Assembly (NCBI GenBank): GCA_030705695.1
Contig: JAUZPX010000001.1
Span: 1-53,467, forward strand
DNA length: 53,467 nucleotides
Source: Bacillota bacterium
Lineage (GTDB): Bacteria > Bacillota > Clostridia > Oscillospirales > Acutalibacteraceae
Reading direction: 5' to 3'
Shown here: one piece after another, positions 29,234-37,473 of the stretch
How the letters are laid out: the number at the start of each line of letters is the position of its first letter
How positions within the stretch are numbered: position 1 is the stretch's first letter
The notes under the pieces: generated by a model
What the model was told of the DNA's origin: nothing
Database searches by the model: none
Seen by the model: the letters and a program-made list of their open reading frames with translations, nothing else
Made by a program: the position numbers and the translations under genes

Positions 29234-30244
29234 TTAAAATGTTAGCTTCAGAGAAGCGTCGTTAAAGATTTTACCGAAACCTGAAATCACACTGATAGTA
29301 GCTCTTTCAAGCTGTCTGTCGATAAGCTTGTCAGAATCGAGCAAAATATCTCCTGCCTGTACCATTTCAAGAGCACAAGAACTGTCAAGTCCGATAATCG
29401 TATTACCTGGTATGCTTGGAACATGAAGTAACGATGCACCCATAGGAGTAATCATTTTGCCTGTACCCTGGAAGTTTAAGCCTGCAAGTGAGTCTTTCAT
29501 CTCTGGCATGCTTAAAAGTGTTTGAACTACAGATGTCGGAGCCAACAAAGTATTCAGCTCATAAGGAGCAAGGCTGCCCCAGAGTTTTAAAAGATCATTG
29601 TAAGTTACGGTACCCGGTGTTGCAGTTGTTATCGCAGCACAAGGATTTCCGTTACCGTCACCGTTTAACAAAACATTTACAGCATCGCCAAGCTGTGTTC
29701 TTGCCATTTGTGCGCCGATCTGGCGAAGTGTGACTGTAAATAAATCAAGACGTTGGAAACGCAATGCTTCATATGAAGAAACAAGCATTCTTCCGTGTTT
29801 TTGCAGATTAACAAGGTTATCCTGCATTTTAATCATAATCTGCGGAATTGCTGCTGACTCTTTTACAGGCTTCAGGGATTTTTCGCTTTGAGAAGCTACT
29901 GTTGTAATGCTGCGGTAATCCATACCGTTAATATTTGTTACTGTAGCGACAATTTGCGGAAGCATATCGGCATTTGTCATTCCCTGATAAACAGCTCTTC
30001 TTACATACTCAGGGAACAGTGCTGAACTGCTTGTATTTTGAAAAAATTTCTCTACAGTATCGCTTCCGATACCATTTACTTTTATATTAAAACGCTTTAA
30101 CTGACGCTCGTAAGCATCAAGACCGCCAAGAGGAGTGCTTTCGTAGTTTTCACTCGGGTCAAGTTCTTCCAGTACATTGGTAAGGCTTTTTCCGTTAATA
30201 TTGTACATACCTTTTTCCAATGTAATTGTTTCGTAATTTGCCAT
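29234..30244 (-). CDS. Major capsid protein (HK97-fold, lambda E-like arrangement)
   Basis: 336 aa with a strong SD (AGGAGG). It is preceded by a ~110-aa decoration-like gene and a protease/scaffold gene, which is the canonical head-module order. Confidence 0.7.
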   Translation of the reverse strand: MANYETITLEKGMYNINGKSLTNVLEELDPSENYESTPLGGLDAYERQLKRFNIKVNGIGSDTVEKFFQNTSSSALFPEYVRRAVYQGMTNADMLPQIVATVTNINGMDYRSITTVASQSEKSLKPVKESAAIPQIMIKMQDNLVNLQKHGRMLVSSYEALRFQRLDLFTVTLRQIGAQMARTQLGDAVNVLLNGDGNGNPCAAITTATPGTVTYNDLLKLWGSLAPYELNTLLAPTSVVQTLLSMPEMKDSLAGLNFQGTGKMITPMGASLLHVPSIPGNTIIGLDSSCALEMVQAGDILLDSDKLIDRQLERATISVISGFGKIFNDASLKLTF

Positions 30245-30261
30245 TATTTTTTCCTCCTAAA

Positions 30262-30600
30262 TTAAAGAATAAATCCGACATTGCCGTTTGTAACATCAAG
30301 AACAAGCAGCTTTCTGCCTTTTGTTGCGTCGGCTTTTACTTTCCCGCCGGCAGCAGCACAGAGGTTTTGGTAACCTACATTAACAGTACCGCTCATTGGA
30401 ACTGAAACATAACCTCCAAGCTGTACAGAAGCATATCCGTTTGATACACTGACAGCTATACCGCAAATGTCATCTCCGTCACCGCTTGGTGATACAGTGC
30501 CATTATCTGTTACTTTAACAGGTACGCCTGCACAGGTAAGACTTGAATCGGCAGAAAAAGTAACTATTCTTTCCCCATAGCCTAAAAATGAAATATTCAT
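30262..30600 (-). CDS. DUF2190-like head decoration/cement protein
   Basis: 112 aa, Gly/Val-rich beta protein immediately upstream of the capsid gene, as for lambda gpD / DUF2190 proteins. Confidence 0.5.
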   Translation of the reverse strand: MNISFLGYGERIVTFSADSSLTCAGVPVKVTDNGTVSPSGDGDDICGIAVSVSNGYASVQLGGYVSVPMSGTVNVGYQNLCAAAGGKVKADATKGRKLLVLDVTNGNVGFIL

Positions 30601-30619
30601 ATCCTAATTTCCTTTCAAA

Positions 30620-31600
30620 TTAAATTCGAAATTCGTTGTTTTTTGTTAATTGTTTTTGTTCTTGCTTATGAGCGTTAATCTGAGGTCTTGGTGGAAGAAA
30701 ATCAGCTGATTTTGCCTCATATGCCTTTTTAAATTCTTTCAGCTCATCAATGTTTAGCTTATCGGTAACGCTTTCAATAGTTTTTTTCGTTATCTCAGGC
30801 TGAACAATTGCGCTTAAACGAATAACCTCGTTTTGCAGCTCATTTTTATAGGCTTGTCCGTCTTTCGCAAGATTTTGCAATTCGGCAATTTCTGCTGCAA
30901 GTGCTTTTGCTTCTTCGCTGTTAAAAGAAACTGCCGACGAACCGCCCAGTTTTTTCATAATATCCGTCAATTTGATATCCTCCTTAAAAAATTCAAATTG
31001 CTTTATGACGCCTGCCGCACGTTGAGCAGGAACCGCCACAAATGACCATTCATAGGCATCAATGGGTTCGCTTAAAACCGTATGGCAAATGCCGTCTTTA
31101 TATGTTTTTCCTTTTTGATGCCCGCAGGAACCTTTCTTCATATCGGCACCGCAAACGGAACAAGTGAATTTCTGTACGCTACAGCCTACACTAACTTCCT
31201 TTTGCATACCTGAATCAATACTTAAAATAAAGTCCTCATTCTTTTTCGAACGCGGCAAATATGCTTTTGCCGTTAATCGAAAATAGTCATCTCCGCTTTG
31301 GGTTTTCTTGTTTTCAATAGCTTCAACAAAGCAGTCGTAAATCCTTGCGGTTTGATTTTCAGCTTTTGCTTCGTGGTCGAACACACCTGTTTTCCCTAAG
31401 AAAAGCTTTTGCAGCGCAAACAAGGCTTCCACCGAAAACCTCTCGAAATCCCTATCGATATCGTTGTCGCACAACACGACAGAGAACGTATAAACTTCAT
31501 CTGCTGACAATACCCGACGAGTATATTGATTAATAAGTTCCAAATCTTTTTCAGTAACTTGACTGTTCTCTGCACTTTTTAAAATTTCTGCTGTTTTCAC
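30620..31600 (-). CDS. HK97-type prohead protease fused to a coiled-coil scaffold domain
   Basis: The N-terminal half has an S78-like layout (FDHEAK...G.QKEVSVGCS) with an embedded CxxC...CxH zinc-ribbon-like insert (CSVCGADMKKGSCGH). The C-terminal ~120 aa is helical and charged, as in scaffolds. A GTGA overlap joins it to the portal stop. Confidence 0.6.
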   Translation of the reverse strand: MKTAEILKSAENSQVTEKDLELINQYTRRVLSADEVYTFSVVLCDNDIDRDFERFSVEALFALQKLFLGKTGVFDHEAKAENQTARIYDCFVEAIENKKTQSGDDYFRLTAKAYLPRSKKNEDFILSIDSGMQKEVSVGCSVQKFTCSVCGADMKKGSCGHQKGKTYKDGICHTVLSEPIDAYEWSFVAVPAQRAAGVIKQFEFFKEDIKLTDIMKKLGGSSAVSFNSEEAKALAAEIAELQNLAKDGQAYKNELQNEVIRLSAIVQPEITKKTIESVTDKLNIDELKEFKKAYEAKSADFLPPRPQINAHKQEQKQLTKNNEFRI

Positions 31601-32763
31601 TGATTCACCTCCGTCATTTGAGCCTCAAGTTGAGACGCTTTTGCGTTTAAATATCTTGCGTTTGCCAAACCGACCTCGTCCTGAAGATTAATGTTGTTCC
31701 ATTTGATTTCAAAGTCATCGTCCTTACCGTTAAGGCGCAACCACATGGAACAGATTTTTCCGATTGTCTGATTTAACAAACTTCTGTAATATTCCAGCTC
31801 GCTTGTTAAGATGTCTGATTGCTGTGAGGACATTCTTTCGCTACTTGACCAAGAAAGCCCAAGCAAAAACGGAGGAATACCGAATTTTGAGACAATTTGC
31901 TCTAAAATTTGGCGAACAGGTACTTCGCTGTCAAGAACCTGATTATCCGCACCGATAACTTTAATTGATACATCTCCGACTGCTACAAAATCATTGACTC
32001 TGCCAAAATCATTACGCATTGCTTTACTCCATTCGGTGGCAATCTGTGTAGCACGCTCTTTTGAATAAGCCTGCGCACTGACATCGTCGCCAGGATTGTA
32101 AGTAACAGCAAAACGCACATTACCAATACGTTCCCAGTTTGAACCGATACTGTTGAAAATCTTTAAGAGAACAGAGCTGACAAAAGGTAACCCCTTTAAC
32201 AGCGATGTTCCGTAGATTCCGCCCGGTTCAGGATTTAGCATAGTCGTTAAAATCAGCGTAGGAAAAGGAACAGGTTCGCTTTGCCCGAAAGCATTGTATC
32301 GGCAGATCTGTGCTTTTAACGGAGAATCTGTCGGCAAAATCTCAACATCCTCAAGCGATGCATTATAGAGCGCCGCGATTGTTGTGTTGTCACTTGACAA
32401 TACAATCTCGCCGACAGCCGTTCCAAAAGTTAACATCTGGTCAAAATATGTATACAAAAACTGTAAAATTCCTTGTCCGCAAGCTCCAACCTGTACGGTT
32501 CTTAAAAATTGATTCAACAAAGTCTGTGTGTTTTCATCATCACAAACGATATTAAAATCTCCAATTAGCCTAACAATTTTCCCGATAGCCGCATCAATAA
32601 TTGGTACAGCTTCTCTAAGAGTTTTATACAGGCAGATTTCAGCCTGACATAAAGGAACATATCTGTTTAAGACGGTAAAAGGATGCTGACTCATTGACCC
32701 CGAGGATACCGTTTGTACGGTAGAATCCACATCCTGTTGCTTAGGTTTTTTAAAAAATCCCAC
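31597..32763 (-). CDS. Portal protein
   Basis: 388 aa between the large terminase and the protease/scaffold. GTG start with an AAGGAGG SD. Confidence 0.65.
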   Translation of the reverse strand: MGFFKKPKQQDVDSTVQTVSSGSMSQHPFTVLNRYVPLCQAEICLYKTLREAVPIIDAAIGKIVRLIGDFNIVCDDENTQTLLNQFLRTVQVGACGQGILQFLYTYFDQMLTFGTAVGEIVLSSDNTTIAALYNASLEDVEILPTDSPLKAQICRYNAFGQSEPVPFPTLILTTMLNPEPGGIYGTSLLKGLPFVSSVLLKIFNSIGSNWERIGNVRFAVTYNPGDDVSAQAYSKERATQIATEWSKAMRNDFGRVNDFVAVGDVSIKVIGADNQVLDSEVPVRQILEQIVSKFGIPPFLLGLSWSSSERMSSQQSDILTSELEYYRSLLNQTIGKICSMWLRLNGKDDDFEIKWNNINLQDEVGLANARYLNAKASQLEAQMTEVNQ

Positions 32764-32833
32764 AGCCTCACCTCCTTCTTTTTATAGGGCAATCAAAAGC
32801 CTCGAACAAAATTGTCCGAATGGGATATCAGCT

Positions 32834-34111
32834 TTACGATTGTCCCGTTCTTTCTGCGGCAATGGCTACAATACCATCGTCGCTTCTGTTTGCAATGGTC
32901 GTAACAAAATAGCGGATATCGTCCATTGCATGATCGTTTTCTTTTAAGGGCATGTCCCTGTCACCTTTTTCCGCATAGCGATAAAGAGAAAACTCCCTCA
33001 TGCTGTCAAGGCAAGTGTTACAAATGTTTACCCTGCCATCTTTCAATGCTGAACTTACTTTGCGGATACCGTCCTGAACATTGTTTTTTGCAGGAATTAC
33101 CGTAAATCGCCCCTGCCGCCTGATAACCTCAATAAAGCTTGCTGCTGACGGATCCACCGTTACAATCTTGACGGCATGGTTTCCTGCCAGAATGCAAAGT
33201 GCTTTATAATGTTCTTCATCAGTTTTTTGATATCCTTCTTTACGGGAATCAAAGTAATATTCTTTTAGACGGTACCATTTTCCGCTTTTCTTTCCCCACA
33301 AACCGAAAGAAGCGGGGTTAACGGTTCCATAATCGCATGAAATGGCATACTCGCTGCACTTCCCTTTGGGAACAGCACAAAATTTTTCTTCTGTCATAAA
33401 GGAATAAACAACGCCCTCTGCCGCAACCCATTCTCCCTCGACAAAGCGTCGATAAAATGCGCCTGAATACAGAGATTTATAGCGGCACAGCATTTCTTCC
33501 GAAAGAGACGGATTATCCTCCATTTTGAAATGAAGATAATGTGCATTTTTTTGCTTTGCTCCTAAAATCCATTCCTGACGAAACCAATGCTGAGGAAACT
33601 CAGGATTACAGTTAAACCAAAACTTTGAACCGCTTACCGAACATCTTGCTACCGCCTGCTCCACAAAAGAGCGAGGCATAAGTGCAACTTCATCGAAAAG
33701 GCAGCCTGCAAGAGTCATACCCTGTATAAGAGCCGCCGAACCTTCATGCTGTCCACCAAACAGATAAAAGCGATTACTGTTTTCACCGTAAGATACCTCT
33801 AAGACATTCTCAGAAAGCTTTTCACAAACCAAAAAACCAAGCTCTTTTAAAATAGGTGTAAGCGGTATTACAACATTTCGTCTTAACGACCTAATTGTCT
33901 TTCCGCAAAGTCCAAAGCTTTTGCCGTTAAACTCATAAAGCGCCCACGAGAAAAAAGAAATCCCCATGCAAACGGTTTTTCCGCTTCGCACAGCGCCGTC
34001 ACAAATAATAGCGTCACGGCCGGCATGTTTGCTCTGACCATACCACCAAGTAAAGGCACTGATTTGTTTCTTCGAAAAAACTTCAAACTGCATCGCTTTC
34101 CGGCTCAACAT
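32834..34111 (-). CDS. Terminase large subunit (PBSX/XtmB-like)
   Basis: Walker A (CDGAVRSGKT), Walker B-like (CLFDEVALM), and a C-terminal nuclease block (ENDHAMDDIRYFV). Confidence 0.9.
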   Translation of the reverse strand: MLSRKAMQFEVFSKKQISAFTWWYGQSKHAGRDAIICDGAVRSGKTVCMGISFFSWALYEFNGKSFGLCGKTIRSLRRNVVIPLTPILKELGFLVCEKLSENVLEVSYGENSNRFYLFGGQHEGSAALIQGMTLAGCLFDEVALMPRSFVEQAVARCSVSGSKFWFNCNPEFPQHWFRQEWILGAKQKNAHYLHFKMEDNPSLSEEMLCRYKSLYSGAFYRRFVEGEWVAAEGVVYSFMTEEKFCAVPKGKCSEYAISCDYGTVNPASFGLWGKKSGKWYRLKEYYFDSRKEGYQKTDEEHYKALCILAGNHAVKIVTVDPSAASFIEVIRRQGRFTVIPAKNNVQDGIRKVSSALKDGRVNICNTCLDSMREFSLYRYAEKGDRDMPLKENDHAMDDIRYFVTTIANRSDDGIVAIAAERTGQS

Positions 34112-34538
34112 TATTTTTTTGCAGAGCCTCCACCCCTTCTCTCAGAGCTTTATAAAAAGACGGTTCGCCTTTTTTCTCTTGCTCTGATTCGGTTGTTTCG
34201 AGTTTTTCAAGAGCTTTCATGCGATCAAAAAATTTCATTTCAATGATTCTTCCGTTTTGCCCCTTTACCTGTGAAACATTAAATAAATCCATATGCATTA
34301 GCTCTTCATCGCTCATATTCTCGCTGCACATAGCTCTAATACAATCGGAAATGCTGCCAAATGCCAGTTTCTTATATCCGTCAATAACCTGGTCTCGGAG
34401 CGTTTTTTCGCTCTCTTCCAAAAAAGCCAAAACCTCCTTTCTCGAAACCCGTAACAATAAGAAAAGCCGCCTCCCCAGACGGTTGCCTTCTTTTGCTCGG
34501 TTCTCGGTAATTCTAAGCTCAGAAATTACAAAGGACAC
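34083..34538 (-). CDS. Terminase small subunit, C-terminal (oligomerisation) part only; start uncertain
   Basis: The C-terminal two thirds resemble the Terminase_2 core (LAFGSISD..., IEMKFFDRMKALEKL). No N-terminal HTH of the GYS..A type is visible. The GTG at 34538 lacks an SD, while an internal AAGGAGG precedes a TTG at about 34404. The gene overlaps the large terminase start by 29 nt. Confidence 0.55.
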   Translation of the reverse strand: MSFVISELRITENRAKEGNRLGRRLFLLLRVSRKEVLAFLEESEKTLRDQVIDGYKKLAFGSISDCIRAMCSENMSDEELMHMDLFNVSQVKGQNGRIIEMKFFDRMKALEKLETTESEQEKKGEPSFYKALREGVEALQKNNVEPESDAV

Positions 34539-34553
34539 CGAAACAGAGCTTTT

Positions 34554-34575
34554 AATTGCATTTTTATATGCAATT
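34554..34575. promoter_or_regulatory. Perfect 8-bp inverted repeat upstream of the phage-like cluster (operator or hairpin)
   Basis: AATTGCAT-TTTTAT-ATGCAATT, followed on the plus strand by ATTTTTT. It lies 16 nt upstream of the annotated terminase small subunit start. Confidence 0.35.
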
Positions 34576-34649
34576 ATTTTTTAAATTTGAAATTTTGAGT
34601 AAAATAAATTAATATATAGTTAATTACAATCTATGAAAGCTGTGATATT

Positions 34650-35156
34650 TTGAATCGCATTAAAAAAGAATTCTATCAAAATTCCGCCGTTGATTTAGCA
34701 CCTGCATTGTTAGGCAAATTACTTTGCCGAAATATTGAAGGCGAAATATATAAGCATCGTGTTACCGAAACCGAATGTTATTTTGGTGAAAGCGATACCG
34801 CCTGCCATGCTCACAAAGGAAAAACAGAACGCACAAAAATCCTCTATGAAGAGGGCGGTATTGCATATATTTATCTTTGCTACGGAATACACAGTCTTTT
34901 AAACATCGTCACGGGTGAAAAAGGATTCCCGCAGGCAGTACTGATTCGAGGAATCGAAGGCTATATTGGTCCTGGGCGACTAACAAAGCATCTGCAAATA
35001 GACAGAAATTTAAACGGAGAAGATTTAGTTTTTTCAAAAAAACTATGGCTTGAAGATGACGGATTCACACCGCATTATAAAGTTTCAAAACGTGTAGGCA
35101 TCGACTACGCCTCAGAAGAAGACAGAAACAGACCCTGGAGATTTATTGTTGATTAG
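34650..35156 (+). CDS. mpg: DNA-3-methyladenine glycosylase (Mpg/AAG family)
   Basis: FY......VA..LLGK.L N-terminus, ETE.Y....D.A.HA, and AYIYLCYGIH motifs typical of the family. TTG start. Confidence 0.85.
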   Translation: MNRIKKEFYQNSAVDLAPALLGKLLCRNIEGEIYKHRVTETECYFGESDTACHAHKGKTERTKILYEEGGIAYIYLCYGIHSLLNIVTGEKGFPQAVLIRGIEGYIGPGRLTKHLQIDRNLNGEDLVFSKKLWLEDDGFTPHYKVSKRVGIDYASEEDRNRPWRFIVD

Positions 35157-35250
35157 ATAATAATAAGGTTGTTCACATAACACTTCAGCTTTTCATATTA
35201 TGAATTACATCTGATTATAGATGCCGATTTGAATAAAGGGGTGAAATGAA

Positions 35251-35640
35251 GTGGGAAATGAATGCAATTGCAAAAATAACGGTGGACCATGTGAATGCCG
35301 CATTGCAGAAAACATGCGAGAAACAAGACGTAAACAAGAAGAAGAGCGTCGCGAAATTCAAAGATTGGCCGCTGAACAGCGCAAAGCAAAAATGCTTGAA
35401 AAAAAGCGTGAGGAAGAAAAACGCCGCCTGGCAGGCTTGCTCGCAAACTGTGAAGGCTGCAAAGATATTCAAAAAGGCCATGCTGTTGCCTGTGAAGGTT
35501 TGAAAGACGTCCGTGCAGGTTTAAATATTCTTTTTTCCGGCCATGAACGTTTGGGTACACAGAAAATCCGAGAGGGTTTAAAAGATATTGAGAAAGGTTT
35601 GTGCGACATCGACGAAGGATATCGTGATCTCTGCTGTTGA
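35251..35640 (+). CDS. Small Cys-rich, highly charged hypothetical protein
   Basis: 129 aa with N-terminal CNC...CEC, a central Arg/Glu/Lys coiled-coil-like stretch, repeated GLKD(I/V) motifs and a C-terminal CC. It ends 37 nt before a strong terminator. A competing ATG frame at 35246 (85 aa) cannot be excluded. Confidence 0.45.
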   Translation: MGNECNCKNNGGPCECRIAENMRETRRKQEEERREIQRLAAEQRKAKMLEKKREEEKRRLAGLLANCEGCKDIQKGHAVACEGLKDVRAGLNILFSGHERLGTQKIREGLKDIEKGLCDIDEGYRDLCC

Positions 35641-35676
35641 ATCACTCATCTCATAAATAACGTTATTTTAAAAATG

Positions 35677-35745
35677 AAAAGCACCTGCATTGCTTACGGA
35701 CAAGACAATGTCTTGCCATAACAATACAGGTGCTTATTTTATTAT
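35677..35745. terminator. Bidirectional terminator between the Cys-rich gene and trpB2
   Basis: Long hairpin AAAGCACCTG...CAGGTGCTT with T-runs on both strands. Confidence 0.65.
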
Positions 35746-35789
35746 TTTTTAAACGTTACTTAAAAATTACGCCACATAAAACGAATTTA

Positions 35790-37160
35790 TTATTCCATAA
35801 TTTTCGGCAGAGAGTTAAACCCTGGTACTAAATCTTCATCTGTAGGGATATAATCGTTCATTTTTCCTTCTAAGAACGATGTATATGCGGTCATATCGAA
35901 ATAGCCTGTTCCGGTAAGTCCAAATAGGATAGTTTTGGCTTCACCTGATTCTCTGCATTTGATCGCTTCATCAATTGCAGCTTTAATCGCATGAGAAGAT
36001 TCAGGAGCTGGCAGAATAGTTTCGATTTTTGCAAACATCGTTGCTGCTTCAAAAACATCTGTCTGATTTGCGGAAGTTGCCTCAAGGTAGCCGTCATGAT
36101 ATAGCTTTGACAATATTGGTGACATACCGTGATAACGTAATCCGCCTGCATGGTTAGAAGAAGGAATGAATCCGCTACCCAAAGTATACATTTTTGCGAG
36201 AGGTGTTGCTTTACCTGTATCGCAGAAGTCGTAAGCGTATTTTCCTCTTGTAAGTGATGGACAAGAAGCAGGTTCGACAGCAACAAGTCTCGGATTTGAT
36301 TTTCCTGTGATTTTATCGGCTGCAAACGGAGCAATCAATCCTCCCAAATTCGAGCCGCCTCCTGCACATCCGATTACGATGTCAGGATATTCATGCAAAA
36401 TCTCCATAGCTTTTTTTGCTTCCAAGCCGATAACTGACTGATGAAGCAGAACTTGATTCAAAACAGAGCCAAGTACATAGCGATATCCCGGGGTTGTTAC
36501 GGCTTTTTCCGTAGCTTCAGAAATAGCACAGCCAAGGCTTCCTGTTGTATCGGGATGCTCTTGCAAAATTGCACGGCCTACATTGGTTGTCATACTTGGG
36601 CTTGGGATAACCTCAGCACCAAAAGTCTGCATAACGGCGCGGCGATATGGTTTTTGTTCGTAAGAACATTTAACCATAAAAACAGTAAGCGGTAAATTAT
36701 AGTAAGCACATGCTTCAGATAATGCCGTACCCCATTGACCAGCTCCCGTTTCGGTGCAAAGCCCTTTTATTCCCTGCTCTTTAGCGTAATAAGCCTGTGC
36801 AATAGCAGAATTCAGCTTATGACTGCCAGATGTATTATTGCCCTCAAATTTGTAATAGATTTTTGCCGGTGTTTTAAGAGCTTTTTCAAGATTGTATGCA
36901 CGAATCAATGGTGCTGGACGGTAAATCTTGTACATTTCCAAAATTCCCTCAGGGATATCAATGAAACGTGTTGTAGCATCGAGCTCCTGTTTAACAAGCT
37001 CTTCACAGAAAATGGGTGACAAATCATCTGTAGTTACAGGCTTGTGAGTACCTGGATGTAAGAGCGGATCAGGCTGCTCTTTCATATCTGCACGCAGATT
37101 GTACCATTGTCTCGGAATCTGATCCTCCGATAAATAAAAACGGTAAGGTATTTTTGCCAT
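35790..37160 (-). CDS. trpB: TrpB2-type tryptophan synthase beta-chain-like PLP enzyme
   Basis: 456 aa, longer than TrpB1. It has the PLP-lysine context (NNTSGSHKLNSA), GGGSN, and a TrpB2-type N-terminal extension (PYRFYLSEDQIPRQWYN). There is no adjacent trpA. Confidence 0.85.
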   Translation of the reverse strand: MAKIPYRFYLSEDQIPRQWYNLRADMKEQPDPLLHPGTHKPVTTDDLSPIFCEELVKQELDATTRFIDIPEGILEMYKIYRPAPLIRAYNLEKALKTPAKIYYKFEGNNTSGSHKLNSAIAQAYYAKEQGIKGLCTETGAGQWGTALSEACAYYNLPLTVFMVKCSYEQKPYRRAVMQTFGAEVIPSPSMTTNVGRAILQEHPDTTGSLGCAISEATEKAVTTPGYRYVLGSVLNQVLLHQSVIGLEAKKAMEILHEYPDIVIGCAGGGSNLGGLIAPFAADKITGKSNPRLVAVEPASCPSLTRGKYAYDFCDTGKATPLAKMYTLGSGFIPSSNHAGGLRYHGMSPILSKLYHDGYLEATSANQTDVFEAATMFAKIETILPAPESSHAIKAAIDEAIKCRESGEAKTILFGLTGTGYFDMTAYTSFLEGKMNDYIPTDEDLVPGFNSLPKIME

Positions 37161-37194
37161 ATAATAAAACCCCTTTCAACAAAAAATTTCAATT

Positions 37195-37467
37195 TAAAAA
37201 TAAAAAAACCCTTGTCCACTAATCGGGACAAGAGCTACTCCTGCGGTACCACCCAAATTGACTGTATAAACAGTCCACTTGCTCCACATACGATTATATG
37301 CGCTTCCTTGATAACGGGTGAAGATCCCGGCTTCGCTACTTTAATAATTTCACGTTGCCCTCATAAGTCCATTCTTTGCATCTTTGCTTACCGCACTTTC
37401 AGCACCGGCGGCTCTCTAAAAAGCATCTGTTGCAAATACTACTCTTAATCACAGGTTTATCTTATTT
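37195..37467 (-). promoter_or_regulatory. T-box riboswitch leader (probable Trp specifier) with terminator/antiterminator
   Basis: The minus strand contains the conserved T-box sequence AATTTGGGTGGTACCGCAGGAG (37239-37259). It is followed by the terminator CTTGTCC-CGATTAGT-GGACAAG plus a T-run. AGAGAG and GCTGAAAG stem-I elements lie upstream, and GAAUGGA provides a candidate UGG specifier. Confidence 0.8.
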
Positions 37468-37473
37468 AGTGTT

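Larger units (their letters stand above)
23891..34538 (-). mobile_element. Phage-derived head + baseplate gene cluster (defective prophage or domesticated GTA-like locus)
   Basis: Sixteen co-directional, mostly overlapping ORFs with phage structural and packaging signatures, listed individually below. There is no integrase, repressor, replication, lysis, sheath, tube, tape measure or fibre gene, and I could see no flanking direct repeats. Confidence 0.7.

Noticed and set aside
23820-34649. att sites, an integrase or a tRNA integration target for the phage-like cluster
   Set aside because: I compared the two flanks (23820-23890 and 34539-34649) by eye and found only AT-rich low-complexity similarity. 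There is no recombinase ORF on either strand, and the nearest tRNA (41684-41759) is 7 kb away and separated by housekeeping genes.
35198-35560. Minus-strand ORFs (120 aa and 88 aa) and a plus-strand 85-aa ORF overlapping the Cys-rich gene
   Set aside because: These are products of purine/pyrimidine-skewed low-complexity sequence. The antisense frames encode Phe/Leu/Cys-rich nonsense-like peptides without SDs. Only the 129-aa frame ends next to the terminator.
37212-37448. 78-aa plus-strand ORF between trpB2 and spmB
   Set aside because: It lies antisense to the T-box leader, has a TTG start without an SD, and the region is fully explained by the riboswitch.
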